A DNA stretch of 64,000 nucleotides from an uncultured Chloroflexia bacterium (GCA_963743795.1 CAVUQZ010000010.1:308285-372284), one strand, 5' to 3'. Shown: positions 10,606 to 21,125, numbered from the stretch's first letter. The notes: a model not told the origin generated them from the letters alone. Made by a program: numbers and translations.

Positions 10606-11035
10606 ATGGCGCTCACGCCGGCGCAACGCGCCCATCTGCTGGAAGACCGTCGGGCTCTTCTCGGTCACGGGCGCCCGAGGCCGGGCGGCCATCGCCAGGC
10701 GCGCCGTCGAGGTCACGTTCGCGAAGGGACGGCGGATCGCCCGTCAGGGCGAGGTGGAGACGGGCTTCTTCCTGATCGTGGCCGGCTCCGTCAGCGTCGT
10801 CCGCGACGGCGAGGAACTGGCCCGTCTCGGCCCGGGAGAGTTCTTCGGCGAGCTGTCTCTCCTGGACCGGCAGCCACGGATGGCCTCGGTCGTGGCCGAC
10901 GAGCCGACGACCTGCCTGGCTTTGCCGTCGTGGGAGTTTCCGAAGCTCCTCGAGACCGAACCTCGGATCGCGTCAGCGGTTCTCAAAGAGGTCGCGAGCC
11001 GGTTGCGGGCCCTCTCGACCGACCGACTTCGTTGA
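10606..11035 (+). CDS. Standalone cyclic-nucleotide-binding domain protein; frameshift near nt 10640
   Basis: ATG at 10606 with RBS TGGAGG. MALTPAQRAHLL then a frame change to KTVGLFSVTGARGRAAIARRAVEVTFAKGRRIARQGEVETGFFLIVAGSVSV...LGPGEFFGELSLLD...RMASVVA. Confidence 0.65.
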
Positions 11036-11040
11036 GCCCG

Positions 11041-13709
11041 ATGCCTCCGACCCTCGACCTCCCGACCGGAACCGTCACCTTCCTGTTCACCGACATCGAG
11101 GGCTCGACACGACTGCTCCAGCAGCTGGGCGACGCCTACCCGGATCTCCTGAGCGAGCATCACCGTCTGCTCCGCAAGGCCGTCGAGACGGAAGGCGGGG
11201 TAGCCGTCGGGTCGGAGGGAGACTCGCTTTTCGCGGCCTTCGGCAGCGCGCCGGCGGCGGTGGCCGCGGCCGTCGGCGCTCAGCGAGCCCTGGCCGAGGG
11301 GCACTGGCCGGAGGGCGCGACCGTTCGGGTGCGGATGGGGCTCCACACGGGCGAGGCGCTCGTCCGCGACGGTACCTATGTAGGTCTCGACGTCCACCGC
11401 GCCGCCAGGATTGCGGCCGTTGGCCACGGCGGGCAGGTCCTGATCTCCGAATCGACTCGGGTGCTGGTCGATCAGAGCTTGCCGGAGGGGGTCGAGCTGC
11501 GGGACCTGGGCCGGCACAGGCTCAAGGACCTGGCCCAGCCGGAGCGCATCTTCGACGCGCTGATCGCCGGACTGCCCACACAATTCCCGCCTTTGCGATC
11601 GCTCGACGCCACTCCGAACAACCTGCCCACACAGATGACGAGCTTCGTGGGGCGCACGCACGAAGTGGCGGAGGCGAGGCGCCTGCTCGCCACCACCAGG
11701 CTTCTGACTCTCACCGGGCCGGGTGGGACGGGCAAGACCCGTCTTGGTCTGCAGGTTGCGGCAGAGTCGATCGCCGACTACCCCGACGGCGTGTTCTTCG
11801 TCCCGCTCGGTCCGCTCGACGACGCCGAGATGGTCGCGCCGGAGATCGTTCAGGCCCTCGGAATGAGGGAGGCCCCTAATCAGCCGCCGGCCGCCAGATT
11901 GACCGAGTACCTGCGCGACCGCCGCCTGCTTCTGGTCCTTGACAACTTCGAACAGGTGCAGGCGGCCGCGACGCTCGTCGGGGAACTTCTACGGGCGGGC
12001 CCCGGGCTCCGCGCCGTGGTGACGAGCCGGTCGCCGCTGCACATCTATGGTGAGCGGGAGTACGCCGTCCCGCCCCTCGGTCTGCCGGCGGCTGGAGCGG
12101 TTCCGGACCCGGCGGAGCTAGCACGGTACGAGTCGGTCGCACTCTTCCTCGAGCGTGCGTCGGCGGTCAATCCGGACTTTCGGCTCACTCCCGCAAATGC
12201 CGCGGCCGTGGCCGAGATCTGCACTCTCCTGGACGGCCTGCCGCTGGCGATCGAGCTGGCCGCGGCCCGAATCGAGGCTTCTGCCGCCGCAGGCGCTGCT
12301 GGCTCGGCTGGGTCAGCGCCTCGACACGCTGAACGCCGGCTCGCGCGACCTGCCGGCCCGACAGCAGACCCTGCGAGGCGCGATCACCTGGAGCTACGAC
12401 CTGCTGGCTCAACAGGCTCGGCGACTGCTGGCCTGTTTCTCCGTGTTCGTCGGCGCCGACCTGGAGCGGCCGAGGCCGTCTGCGGTGGAGACGGTTTCGA
12501 CGTTCTAGCCGGGCTTGGCGGAACTCGTCGATCAGAGTCTGATCCGACAGGACGAGACAGACGGTGAGCCTCGCTTCTCGATGCTGTTAGTCATCCGTGA
12601 GTTCGCCCTGGAGCGGCTCGCGGAACTCGAGATCGCCGCCGACGTTGCCGAGCGCCACGCCTCCTTCTATCGCGATCTGGCCGAGGCCGCCGCTCCGGGC
12701 CTGACAGGCCCCAACCAGAAACGGCTTCTCGACGGTCTGGACCGCGAGAACGGCAACCTTCGAGCCGCCCTGACTTGGTCGATCGAGCACGACGCCGCCG
12801 AAACGGGCCTGCGGCTCGGGGCGGCGTCTGTGGCGCTTCTGGCAGATGCGAGGGTTGCTCGTTGAGGGGGCCGGGTGGCTCGAGCGCATCCTCGCCATGC
12901 CCGACGTGGGAGCCCACCCGGCCGCCCACGCCAAAGCTCTCGAGGCGGCTGGCGGGGTCGCCTACTGGCGGGCGGAGATGCCCCTGGCCATGGAGTATTA
13001 CGAGGCATGCCTGGCGCTGTGCCGCCAGATCGGCGACAAACGGGCCATCGCCAACGCCCTCTACAACTGGGGCTTTCCAATGCTCGTCAACAAAGAGGCC
13101 GTTACCAGCTCGCGCCCGGCGTTCGAGGAAAGCCTGGCAATCTTCAGAGAGCTCGGGGACCGAGAGATGATCGCGCGAGTCCTGTGGGGACTGGGCAATG
13201 CGCACTACTTCGACGGGGACTACGCGGCTGCTCGGGACACGTGGCTCGAAGATGTCGCCATGCTGCGGACAGTGGAGGATCCGTTCAGCCTGGCCTGGGC
13301 TCTGCGTATGCTGGGGCTGGCCTATCACGGACTGGGCCAGACGACCTCTCATTCAGCGCCACTATGGCGCGAGGCCCTCGAGCACTTCGCCGCGGTAGGC
13401 GACGTTTCGGGCGTCACCATCCTGCTCGGCGACTTCAGCCTGCTCGCCACGGCGGCGGGCGACGTCCTGCGGGCCGTCCGCCTGGATGCGGCCTCCCTGA
13501 GGCTCGCGGACGTCGGAGGGGCGCAGCTCGGCTCGCTCGCAGGCCGCATAGAGGAAGGCCGTCCGGATGCCAGCTCGCTCGATCCCGTCGCAGTCGCGGC
13601 CGCGGTCGAGGAGGGCCGGCGGATGTCGGTCGAGCAGGCGGTTGAGTACGCCCTGGCAGGAACCACGGCCGCGCCGGCCGGTGTTACCCCGGCCACGACC
13701 AGGCCGTGA
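11041..13709 (+). CDS. Class III adenylate/guanylate cyclase domain fused to STAND (NB-ARC/AAA) NTPase and C-terminal TPR repeats (~890 aa); 4 apparent indels (~12290, ~12470, ~12520, ~12825)
   Basis: Cyclase core (VTFLFTDIEGSTRL...GDSLFAAFGSA...RVRMGLHTGEALVRDGTYVGLDVHRAARIAAVGHGGQVLIS). P-loop TGPGGTGKTRL. hhhhDNFE Walker B (LLLVLDNFEQV). LDGLPLAIELAA GxP-like motif. TPR-like C-terminus (LWRFWQMRGLLVEGAGWLERIL..., NALYNWG, LWGLGNAHYFDGDY). Confidence 0.75.
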
Positions 13710-15265
13710 ACCGCCGGACCGGCACGCTGCTGGCCGCCATCCTCGGCTCCGGAGTCGTCTTCCTCGACTCGACCGTGGTCAATGTGGCTCTTCAGCGGAT
13801 CGGGCAGGACTTGCCGAGCAGCTACTTCGGCGTGCTCGAGGGTCAGTCGTACGTCTACAACGCCTACCTGCTGAGTCTCAGCGCGCTGCTGATCCTGGCC
13901 GGCGCTCTGGCAGACGCCTACGGCCGGCGGCTTCTCTTCGTCGTCGGCCTCGTCGGTTTCGGGCTCGCCTCGGTCATGTGCGGCTTCGCGCCAAACATGG
14001 AGACGCTGATCCTATTCCGGATCATCCAGGGCGCGGCCGGGGCGCTGCTGGTGCCGGGCTCGCTGGCGCTGCTGACAGCAACCTTCCAGGGTGCCGACCG
14101 GGGCCGCGCCTTCGGTCTGTGGGCCGCCGCCTCCGCGGCGACTTCAATCCTCGGGCCGGTCGTGGGTGGGGTCCTCGTGGAGACGGTCTCGTGGCGGGCC
14201 GTCTTCTTCCTGAACGTGCCGCTGATAGCGCTTGCACTGTGGGCTGCGTGGCGATACGTCGACGAGAGCCGCGACCCCGAGGCCGGGCATTCATTCGACT
14301 GGGTCGGCGCGGCCGTGATCGCTCTTGCGGTGGGCGGTCTCTCGTTCGGGGCGATCTACGGCCAGCAGCACGACTGGCGCAATGCGGTCGGGCCTGTGGC
14401 GTTGGTCGTCGGCGCCGCCGCAAGCGTGCTCTTCGTGGTCCTCATGGCGCGCGGCAGACATCCTCTCGTTCCGCTCGGCCTGTTCCGGTCGCGCAACTTC
14501 ACGGTGACGAACCTATCCACGTTGCTGATCTACGGCGCCCTCTACGTCGTGGGCTATCAGCAATCGATCTTCAGCCAGGGGACGCTGGCCTACTCCGCCG
14601 CCGCAGCCGGCTTCATCGGTGTTCCGGGCGCACTGCTGCTGATCCTGCTGTCGTCCCGAGTTGGGGCGGTGAGCGCCCGCCTCGGGCCTCGCCGGTTCAT
14701 GGCAATCGGTCCCGCCATCATGGGTTGCGGGGTCCTGTGGCTCGCCCGCATGCCTTCGAGCAGCCCCGCCTGGGACCTCCAGGCCGGTGCTCCAGGGAGC
14801 TGGATCCCTTCCAACGGATACCTGGCCGATTTCCTGCCGGCAGCATTGCTGTTCGGCCTCGGAATTGCCATCACGGTGGCGCCGCTGACTACTGCACTGA
14901 TGGCGTCGGTGCCGGAAGCCCGCGCCGGCCTCGGTTCGGCCGTGAACAACGCCATCTCGCGCGTGGGTCCGCAGCTCGCGGGGGCCCTGATCTTCGTCGC
15001 GATAACCGGTGCCTTTTACGCCGACCTGTCCAGCAGGGTCCCCGGACTCGACACGACCTCGCCGCAAGTCCGGCAGGAGGTTCCGCCGCTCAACCGGCCG
15101 GACGCCTCGGTCGCCCCCGCGGTTGCCGCCGCGGCCCGCGAGGCATCCACTGATTCATTCCGCCTGGCAATGGGCCTCGCGGCCGGCCTGTTACTGGCAG
15201 GCGCCGCGATCAACGCCGCGGGCATCCGCGATCCCAAGCGCCCGCTCCTGCCGGAAATCGCATAA
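13706..15265 (+). CDS. MFS transporter, DHA2 (EmrB/QacA) family, 14-TM type
   Basis: GTG start overlapping the preceding stop. LDSTVVNVAL, YGRRLLF, 519 aa, hydrophobic periodicity typical of drug:H+ antiporter-2. Confidence 0.85.
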   Translation: MNRRTGTLLAAILGSGVVFLDSTVVNVALQRIGQDLPSSYFGVLEGQSYVYNAYLLSLSALLILAGALADAYGRRLLFVVGLVGFGLASVMCGFAPNMETLILFRIIQGAAGALLVPGSLALLTATFQGADRGRAFGLWAAASAATSILGPVVGGVLVETVSWRAVFFLNVPLIALALWAAWRYVDESRDPEAGHSFDWVGAAVIALAVGGLSFGAIYGQQHDWRNAVGPVALVVGAAASVLFVVLMARGRHPLVPLGLFRSRNFTVTNLSTLLIYGALYVVGYQQSIFSQGTLAYSAAAAGFIGVPGALLLILLSSRVGAVSARLGPRRFMAIGPAIMGCGVLWLARMPSSSPAWDLQAGAPGSWIPSNGYLADFLPAALLFGLGIAITVAPLTTALMASVPEARAGLGSAVNNAISRVGPQLAGALIFVAITGAFYADLSSRVPGLDTTSPQVRQEVPPLNRPDASVAPAVAAAAREASTDSFRLAMGLAAGLLLAGAAINAAGIRDPKRPLLPEIA

Positions 15266-15358
15266 CCGGCGGATTGCCTTCGGGACCGCCTGTTGGCCAG
15301 GCTGTCTTTCGGTCGCCGACAGTCGACCGCATTGCGTGGAGAACCGCTCCGGACAAGG

Positions 15359-15386
15359 AACTGCCCCGCCGGTGGGCGGGGCAGTT
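15359..15386. terminator. GC-rich perfect hairpin between convergent genes (candidate bidirectional terminator)
   Basis: aaCTGCCCCGCCggtgGGCGGGGCAGttgatc: 10-bp perfect stem, 4-nt loop, located between the MFS stop (15265) and the OpuC SBP stop (15408). Confidence 0.5.
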
Positions 15387-15407
15387 GATCCGGTGCGGAA
15401 ACGGCGC

Positions 15408-16325
15408 TCAGACGAAGCCGTTGGTGTGCAGCCACTCCTTGGCGATCGTCGCGACGTCCTTCTTGTCGAAGACGTACTCGGCGTTGAGCTTGGTCAGATC
15501 GGCCGTGTTCATCTTCGCCGAGACGTCGTTGAGGATCTTGTCGAAGCTGGGCTTGTCCACCTTGGCGAGCAGATCGTTGCGAACGAGCGGGGCGATGTTG
15601 TCCGCCGGTTGCGTGTGCTTGTCGTCGGCCAGGACCACCCAGCCGTTCTGGACGATGTCCGGCTGCGTCGAGCACAGCTCGCCGACGGAGATCGTGCCGG
15701 CCTTCAGGGCGTCGACCATCGGCTGGTCGCAAGCCGAAAGCGGCAGGGCGCCCGAAAGGTCGACCCCGTAGGCGGTCTTGATCGCCGCTGCACAGACCGG
15801 GTTGGTGGCGCAGTCGGTTGCCACGCCGAACTTGAGCTTGGTCTGGACCGCGGCCAGGTCGCTCATCTTGGTCAGGCTGTTCGCCGTCGCGGTCGCCTGG
15901 GTCACCACGAACGCGTTCTGGTCGGCCGCGGGCGAGTAGTCCAGGACGGTGATGCCACCGCCCTTGCCGGTCAGGATGGCCTGCAGCGCGGCCGCATTCG
16001 CGGCCGGGTCGCCGGTGGTCTTGGTGGCGTCGTAGTAGGCCAGGCCGCTGCCGACGTACTCAGGCTTGAGGTCGAACTGGCCGCTCTCGAGAGCCGCCGC
16101 GGTGACCTTGCGAGTACCCAGGCCGATGCCCGTCCGATCGACGGTGTAGCCCTTGGCTTCGAGCGCCTGGCCGTAGATCTCGGCCATCAGTTTCGACTCG
16201 TAGAAGCCATCCGAGCCGATCTTGACTGTCGGTTTCGCTGGACTTGGGCTGCCCCCACCCGTCGAGCAGGCGCTGAGCAGCACCAGCATCGACGCCCCGA
16301 GGGCGAGCATGCGGGTTAGCCGCAT
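15408..16325 (-). CDS. Glycine betaine/choline (osmoprotectant) ABC transporter substrate-binding lipoprotein (OpuAC/OpuCC family)
   Basis: Lipoprotein signal (LVLLSACSTGG). KIGSDGFYESKLMAEIYGQALEAKGYTV and LKPEYVGS motifs of the OpuAC/ProX fold. Confidence 0.85.
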   Translation of the reverse strand: MRLTRMLALGASMLVLLSACSTGGGSPSPAKPTVKIGSDGFYESKLMAEIYGQALEAKGYTVDRTGIGLGTRKVTAAALESGQFDLKPEYVGSGLAYYDATKTTGDPAANAAALQAILTGKGGGITVLDYSPAADQNAFVVTQATATANSLTKMSDLAAVQTKLKFGVATDCATNPVCAAAIKTAYGVDLSGALPLSACDQPMVDALKAGTISVGELCSTQPDIVQNGWVVLADDKHTQPADNIAPLVRNDLLAKVDKPSFDKILNDVSAKMNTADLTKLNAEYVFDKKDVATIAKEWLHTNGFV

Positions 16326-16475
16326 TGGGTCACCTCCTGTGCTCGTCGCGCAAACCCAGGACTTTGGGCCGCCCCGACGTCCCCCGACTATAGGGGGCGA
16401 TCGTCGCGACGCATAACGGGCGTCCGCCTGATGTCCGCCTGATGAACCGGATTTCAGGCAAGTCCGAGGTTCGGC

Positions 16476-17171
16476 TCAGCGAGCGGTACGGCGCGACAAT
16501 CCCGGCGAGACCAACCTGCGCTCCAGAAGCGTGAAGACAGCGAGCGTGGCCAGGGCCAGCGCCGCCACGAGAACCACGCCTCCGAACAGCTCGCCGTCGT
16601 TCTTGTTGTCGTTGCCCAGGATGATGTAGCGCCCCAATCCACCGAATCCGAAGACCGCACCGAGCGTTGCGGTGGCGATCACCTGAACGGCCGCGGACCG
16701 GATCCCGGTAGCCAGCACCGGCAGGGCGATCGGCACCTCGAGGCCGAGCAGGATCTGGCGCTCGCGCATCCCCATCCCGCGGGCCGCCTCCACCAGGTCG
16801 CGATCCACCCCGGCGATCCCCTCGTAGGAGTTGACCAGGATCGGCGGGCCGGCCAGCACGATCATGGCCACGAGCGTCGGGTAGAGCGTGAAGCCAAGGT
16901 TGGGGTCTATGGCCGTGGTGAACGGCACCAGCAGGCCGATGACGGCGAACGACGGCAGGGCGCGCCAGGCGTTCGCGGAGCTGACGACGAGCCACGACAT
17001 TCGGCCGGTGTGGCCGATCCACAGACCCAGGGGCATCGCGACCAGGGCCGATAGGAGGAGTGAGAGGCCGCTGATGGCGACGTGCTCCTCCAGGCGCGCG
17101 GGGATGCCGTTGGGGCCCTGCCAGTGGATCGGATCGGCAAGCCACTGCGCCGTGGCACTCACCAGGTCCAT
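16476..17171 (-). CDS. Osmoprotectant ABC transporter permease (OpuCD/ProW-like)
   Basis: Start MDLVSATAQWLADPIHW. Binding-protein-dependent transport EAA-like segment (EAARGMGMRERQILLGLEVPIALPVL). Confidence 0.8.
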   Translation of the reverse strand: MDLVSATAQWLADPIHWQGPNGIPARLEEHVAISGLSLLLSALVAMPLGLWIGHTGRMSWLVVSSANAWRALPSFAVIGLLVPFTTAIDPNLGFTLYPTLVAMIVLAGPPILVNSYEGIAGVDRDLVEAARGMGMRERQILLGLEVPIALPVLATGIRSAAVQVIATATLGAVFGFGGLGRYIILGNDNKNDGELFGGVVLVAALALATLAVFTLLERRLVSPGLSRRTAR

Positions 17172-17841
17172 CAGCGGACCGCCGCTCGAACGGACGCCCA
17201 GGGGGTAAGGCGCCGCTGCAGCAGGACGAAGGCCAGGTCGGCGAGCACTGCCAGGCCGATCGACAGCAGGCCGCCGACGAGGATCTCGGTTGTGAAGTGG
17301 CGGTGGTAGCCGTCGAGGATGTAGTAGCCGAGCCCACCCAGGCTGTCGCCCAGGATCGCCGAGACCGTGACCAGCCCTATGGTCGACACGGTCGCCAGCC
17401 GGAGACCGGCGATGATGAGGGGGATCGCCAGCGGGCAGCTCGACGCGACGCCAGCGCTGACCCGCCGTGTAGCCCATGCCGTCGGCGGCGTCCAGCACCT
17501 CCGGCGGGACGGAGTCGAAGCCGGCCACGATGTTGGGCACGAAGAGGATCACCGTGTACAGGACGAGCGGCACCTCCGCGGTCAGGACGTGAGATCCCGG
17601 TGATGGCGACCAGGGCCGCGAACATGGCGAAGCTCGGGATCGTGTAGACGGCGGTCGCCAGAACGGTTACGTACGGGTACAGTCGCCGGCGTCTGACCGC
17701 CAGCGCCGCCAGATTGAACGAGATGGCGAAGCCGATGCCAACGGCCAGGGCGGTCAACCCTAGGTGCTGCTCGACTCGGCCGAGAATTGGCCCCAGGTGC
17801 GCGAAGAGCCAGTCCCAGCGGACCAGCGGCTCGCCGTTCAT
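17171..17841 (-). CDS. Osmoprotectant ABC transporter permease (OpuCB-like); two frame disruptions (~17430, ~17590)
   Basis: N-terminus MNGEPLVRWDWLFAHLGPILGRVEQHLGLTALAVGIGFAISFNLAAL (ORF 17377..17841). Middle part ...VPLVLYTVILFVPNIVAGFDSVPPEVLDAADGMGYTAGQRWRRVELP in a second frame. C-terminus TVSAILGDSLGGLGYYILDGY...LQRRL (ORF 17171..17389). Confidence 0.65.
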
Positions 17842-18851
17842 GCCCGGTCTGCCCGGCGAAGGTCGTCCTTGAGGGCGCTGGCGATCGCGTCGACGGTGAC
17901 GAACCCGCGCGGCCGGCCGGCCTCATCCAGGGCCACGCCGCCCCTGGTATCGGCGGCCAGCAGAATCGACAGGGCGTCGCGGAGCTTGGTCTCGGGGCGG
18001 AACGCCGGCAGTCCGTCGGTCACCCCGGTCGGTTCCGGCTCGAGGTCGGCGACGGTCCGCAGCGAGAGCCGCTTGAGGCCCCGATCCATCCCAACCAGGC
18101 TGGCCACGAACTCGGACGCCGGGTGGGCCAGTATCGCGTCGGGCGGGGCGAACTGAGCCAGGCGGCCACCCTGCTCCAGAACCGCGATCAAGTCGCCCAT
18201 CCGGATGGCCTCGTCGATGTCGTGGGTTACGAAGAGGATCGTCTTGGCCAGCTCGCGCTGCAGGCGCAGGAACTCGTCCTGCAGGCGCTCCCGAACGATC
18301 GGATCGACCGCGGCGAATGGCTCGTCCATGAGCATCAGGGGCGGGTCCGTGGCCAGCGCCCTGGCCACTCCGACGCGCTGGCGTTCCCCGCCGGAGAGCT
18401 GCGCGGGATAGCGGTCGCGATACCGGTCCGGGTCCAGACCGACGAGCGAAAGCAGCTCGGTGCTCCGGTCCCGCTGGCGCTCCTTCGACCAGCCCTCCAG
18501 GCCGGGCACCACGGAGACGTTCTGCCCGACCGTGAGGTGAGGGAAGAGACCGACCTGCTGGATGACGTAGCCGATGCGCCGCCGCAGCGCGGTGACGTCT
18601 TCGGCCATGACGTCCGATCCGTCCAGCAGGATCTGGCCGGCCGTCGGCTCGATCAGGCGGTTGACCATCTTGAGGCTGGTCGTCTTGCCGCAGCCGGACG
18701 GTCCCACCAGGACGCAGATCGCCCCCGCCGGCACCTTGAGCGAGAGGTCGTTGACGGCGCCGGTGGCCGAGGCGCCCGCGCCATAGCGCTTGGTCACGCC
18801 ACGGAATTCGAGCGATGCCGCGCCGGCGCCGCCGGACGATCGTGCCGTCAT
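17838..18851 (-). CDS. Glycine betaine/osmoprotectant ABC transporter ATP-binding protein with tandem CBS domains (OpuAA/OpuCA/ProV)
   Basis: Walker A GPSGCGKTT, signature LSGGERQRV, Walker B LMLMDEPF. C-terminal CBS-like region (TVADLEPEPT...VTVDAI). Start MTARSS at 18851. Confidence 0.85.
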   Translation of the reverse strand: MTARSSGGAGAASLEFRGVTKRYGAGASATGAVNDLSLKVPAGAICVLVGPSGCGKTTSLKMVNRLIEPTAGQILLDGSDVMAEDVTALRRRIGYVIQQVGLFPHLTVGQNVSVVPGLEGWSKERQRDRSTELLSLVGLDPDRYRDRYPAQLSGGERQRVGVARALATDPPLMLMDEPFAAVDPIVRERLQDEFLRLQRELAKTILFVTHDIDEAIRMGDLIAVLEQGGRLAQFAPPDAILAHPASEFVASLVGMDRGLKRLSLRTVADLEPEPTGVTDGLPAFRPETKLRDALSILLAADTRGGVALDEAGRPRGFVTVDAIASALKDDLRRADRA

Positions 18852-19061
18852 CGATTGCCCTCCGAGTCCTACCCGTGCGGGCGGCTCCTGGCTTGTACGG
18901 TCGGATTGTCGCAGCGGGCCGGCGAAATGGCAGCAGCCCGGTCCACGGGTTGCGCAACGCGACGGACGCGCCGGCGGCACGGGAGGTGACCAACCTGGCC
19001 GACGCTAGACTGGTCCGGCCCGATCGAGGTGATCCTCTGGCTGCCACAACGGAGCGGAACG

Positions 19062-19396
19062 TGAAGCAGACGGCCAACTACAGCAGTTTCGAGGAGCTCG
19101 ACGTCCGGGTCGGCCGGGTCGTGACCGTCGAAGATTCGAGGGCTCGCAAGCCTACCTACCGCCTTACGGTCGACTTCGGCCCGGAGATCGGCGTAAAGCG
19201 TTCGGTCGGCGCGTACAGGAACTACCGGCCTGATCAGCTGGTCGGCCGCCTGGTGGTTGGCATCGTGAACTTCGGAGTAAAGCAGATGGGACCCGAGCTT
19301 TCCGAAGTCCTGATCCTCGGCGTCGAGAACGACCGCGGCGAAACGATCTACCTCACGCCCGAGTCCGACGCTCCGCTCGGGACCCGCGTCTTCTGA
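19062..19396 (+). CDS. csaA: tRNA-binding domain protein / export chaperone CsaA
   Basis: GTG start. FEELDVRVGRVVTVEDSRARKPTYRLTVDFG...GRLVVGIVNFGVKQMGPELSEVLILGV matches the CsaA/Myf tRNA-binding OB-fold (~110 aa). Confidence 0.75.
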
Positions 19397-19439
19397 CGAG
19401 CGACGCCTAGAGGCGGCCGCTGCGTGCGGCCGGGAGGCG

Positions 19440-20249
19440 TCAGCGCAGGCCCCATTGGCCGCTGAGATCCAGGACGTTCGTGCCGGCCTCCATCCTCAGG
19501 ACGCTGGCTTGGGCCTCGGGCAGGCCCTCCTCGTAGGTCAGCCCTTCGGGGCTCTCTCGGAAGATCGAGGCGTAGAAGACGCAGGCGGCCAGGTACGTGC
19601 CGGCCGTGGACGGATGGCTGCCGTCGGTCTGCCACAGCTCGATCTCGGGGTGCTCTCGACGGACCACGAACCAGGTGAAGCCGACCGGCGCGACCGGGAC
19701 GCCCAGCTCATCGGCGATCTCGAGATAGCTCTCGTCGATCGCGAGCTGCATGGTCTCGTAGGTTGGCGTCGGGGAACCTGGGATACCGTCGCGATGGGCC
19801 TGTGTCATGAAGAACATGGGCGTGGCGCCGGCGGCCTGGGCGCGGCTCGCCAGCTGCCGAGCGGCCGGGTACGTGTAGTAGCGGGCACCCGTCGAAGTCG
19901 CGGGCGTTTCGCTCTGCTCCTGCAGAACCACGAAGCTCCACGTCTGGGAGGAGATCTTGCCGAGCGAGTCGGCTGAGCGGGCGTGCTCCGCCAGCGTCTC
20001 CCCACCGCCCGCGACCATCGCCACTTGCACGAGGTGGCCGCCGGATCGAGCCAGGCGGGCGAACGTCTCGGGCAGGTCGTTCTCATACGTGTAGCTGTTG
20101 CCGAGGAAGAGAACGCGGACGCACGTTGGGGATCCCGTGGCGGGACAGGTTGGGCCCGTGGCGGTCCCGCAGCCTGCCACGCCCAGAAGGCCGGCGCAGG
20201 CGAGGAGCCTCAGCGCGGCGGCAGCTCGGGATCGGCGGAGCGAGGCCAT
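19440..20249 (-). CDS. SGNH/GDSL-type hydrolase family lipoprotein
   Basis: Lipoprotein signal LLGVAGCG. VLFLGNSYTYENDLP block I of SGNH hydrolases. HP motif near the C-terminus (DGSHPS). Confidence 0.6.
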   Translation of the reverse strand: MASLRRSRAAAALRLLACAGLLGVAGCGTATGPTCPATGSPTCVRVLFLGNSYTYENDLPETFARLARSGGHLVQVAMVAGGGETLAEHARSADSLGKISSQTWSFVVLQEQSETPATSTGARYYTYPAARQLASRAQAAGATPMFFMTQAHRDGIPGSPTPTYETMQLAIDESYLEIADELGVPVAPVGFTWFVVRREHPEIELWQTDGSHPSTAGTYLAACVFYASIFRESPEGLTYEEGLPEAQASVLRMEAGTNVLDLSGQWGLR

Positions 20250-20405
20250 CCGTGTAAGTATCGGCGGCGGGGACGCGCAGCTGACATAGAGGCGCAGCCG
20301 ACATGGACGGCGCCGGCCGGCGCGACTGCACGGCCGAGCGTTCGGCCTTCAGTCGACTGGTGGGTGGGCCGCCGGCTGTCGGGCCCATCCGCTACCGGGA
20401 ACCGG

Positions 20406-21125
20406 TCAGGGCAGCCACAGCTCCGCGCTGACCGATGTCGGATAGGTTGAGCCGTAGCAGGTGGGAACCGGACCGGCGCCCAGCGCAGGGGTTACGATCC
20501 TGCCCAACCCAAAGGGCATCACGGCCGCCACTCGCAGGTTCTGGGCGGGCGCCGCCTTGCACCAGTTGGCCCACGTCACGATGTCGTTGATCGTGCCGTT
20601 GGGGGCGAGGGCGTAGACGGAGTCGCTCGTCTTCACCTCGCCGCCGCCGGAACCCGCGTCCGCGATGGCCTTGCCGTGGCCGTCCACGATCTGCGTCTGT
20701 GGCGTGCCGCGCATGTTGCAGCTGGCCGAGGAGACGTTCGTGGCCGTGATGTGAGCATAGGTCGTGCCGGTGCTGCCTTCCCACAGGGTGATCGAGAGGC
20801 TTAGCTGCGCGCCCGTGCACAGCCCGATCGCCAGGGCCGGCAGAGGCGTCGGGGTCGGTTTGGGTGCGGCCGTGGGAGCCGGCTTGGGAGCAGGGGTCGG
20901 CGTCGGACTGGGGGTGGGCGCCACCGTGGGACTCGGAGTCGGCGTGTTGGTTGGAGTGGCGACCGGCGTGGCTGTGGCGGCAGCCACGGTGTCTGACGGG
21001 GCGGCTGTGGGTGTGGCCGCTGCCGTGCTGCAACCTGCGATGACCAGGGCGAGCCCGGCGCCCAGGAGCAGCAGATGCGCTAAGCCAGGCGTGGGGCGGG
21101 AGCGTTCCTGCGACCGACTCGACAT
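20406..21125 (-). CDS. DUF4232 domain-containing secreted lipoprotein with Pro/Thr/Ala-rich linker
   Basis: Signal peptide plus lipobox (LVIAGCS), long PT-rich linker, C-terminal domain with conserved Cys (LCTGAQLSLS...SCNMRG...CYGS) typical of DUF4232. Confidence 0.6.
   Translation of the reverse strand: MSSRSQERSRPTPGLAHLLLLGAGLALVIAGCSTAAATPTAAPSDTVAAATATPVATPTNTPTPSPTVAPTPSPTPTPAPKPAPTAAPKPTPTPLPALAIGLCTGAQLSLSITLWEGSTGTTYAHITATNVSSASCNMRGTPQTQIVDGHGKAIADAGSGGGEVKTSDSVYALAPNGTINDIVTWANWCKAAPAQNLRVAAVMPFGLGRIVTPALGAGPVPTCYGSTYPTSVSAELWLP

Noticed and set aside
10072-11040. 5' 323 codons of the 831-aa ORF 10072..12567
   Set aside because: This stretch overlaps the cNMP-binding gene (other frame) and has no motifs. 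The cyclase gene starts at the ATG at 11041 (MPPTLDLPTG...).
17787-18989. 400-aa plus-strand ORF and 17923..19077 minus-strand 384-aa ORF
   Set aside because: Both overlap the OpuCA ATPase gene in wrong frames or strand. The ATPase motifs (GPSGCGKTT, LSGGERQRV) are only in the 17838..18851 minus frame.
20860-21010. Apparent DNA repeats in Pro/Thr/Ala-rich stretches (also 54280..54600 and 53430..53760)
   Set aside because: These are low-complexity PT-rich linker-coding regions of secreted proteins. They are not CRISPR arrays or mobile-element repeats. There are no regular spacer/repeat units.
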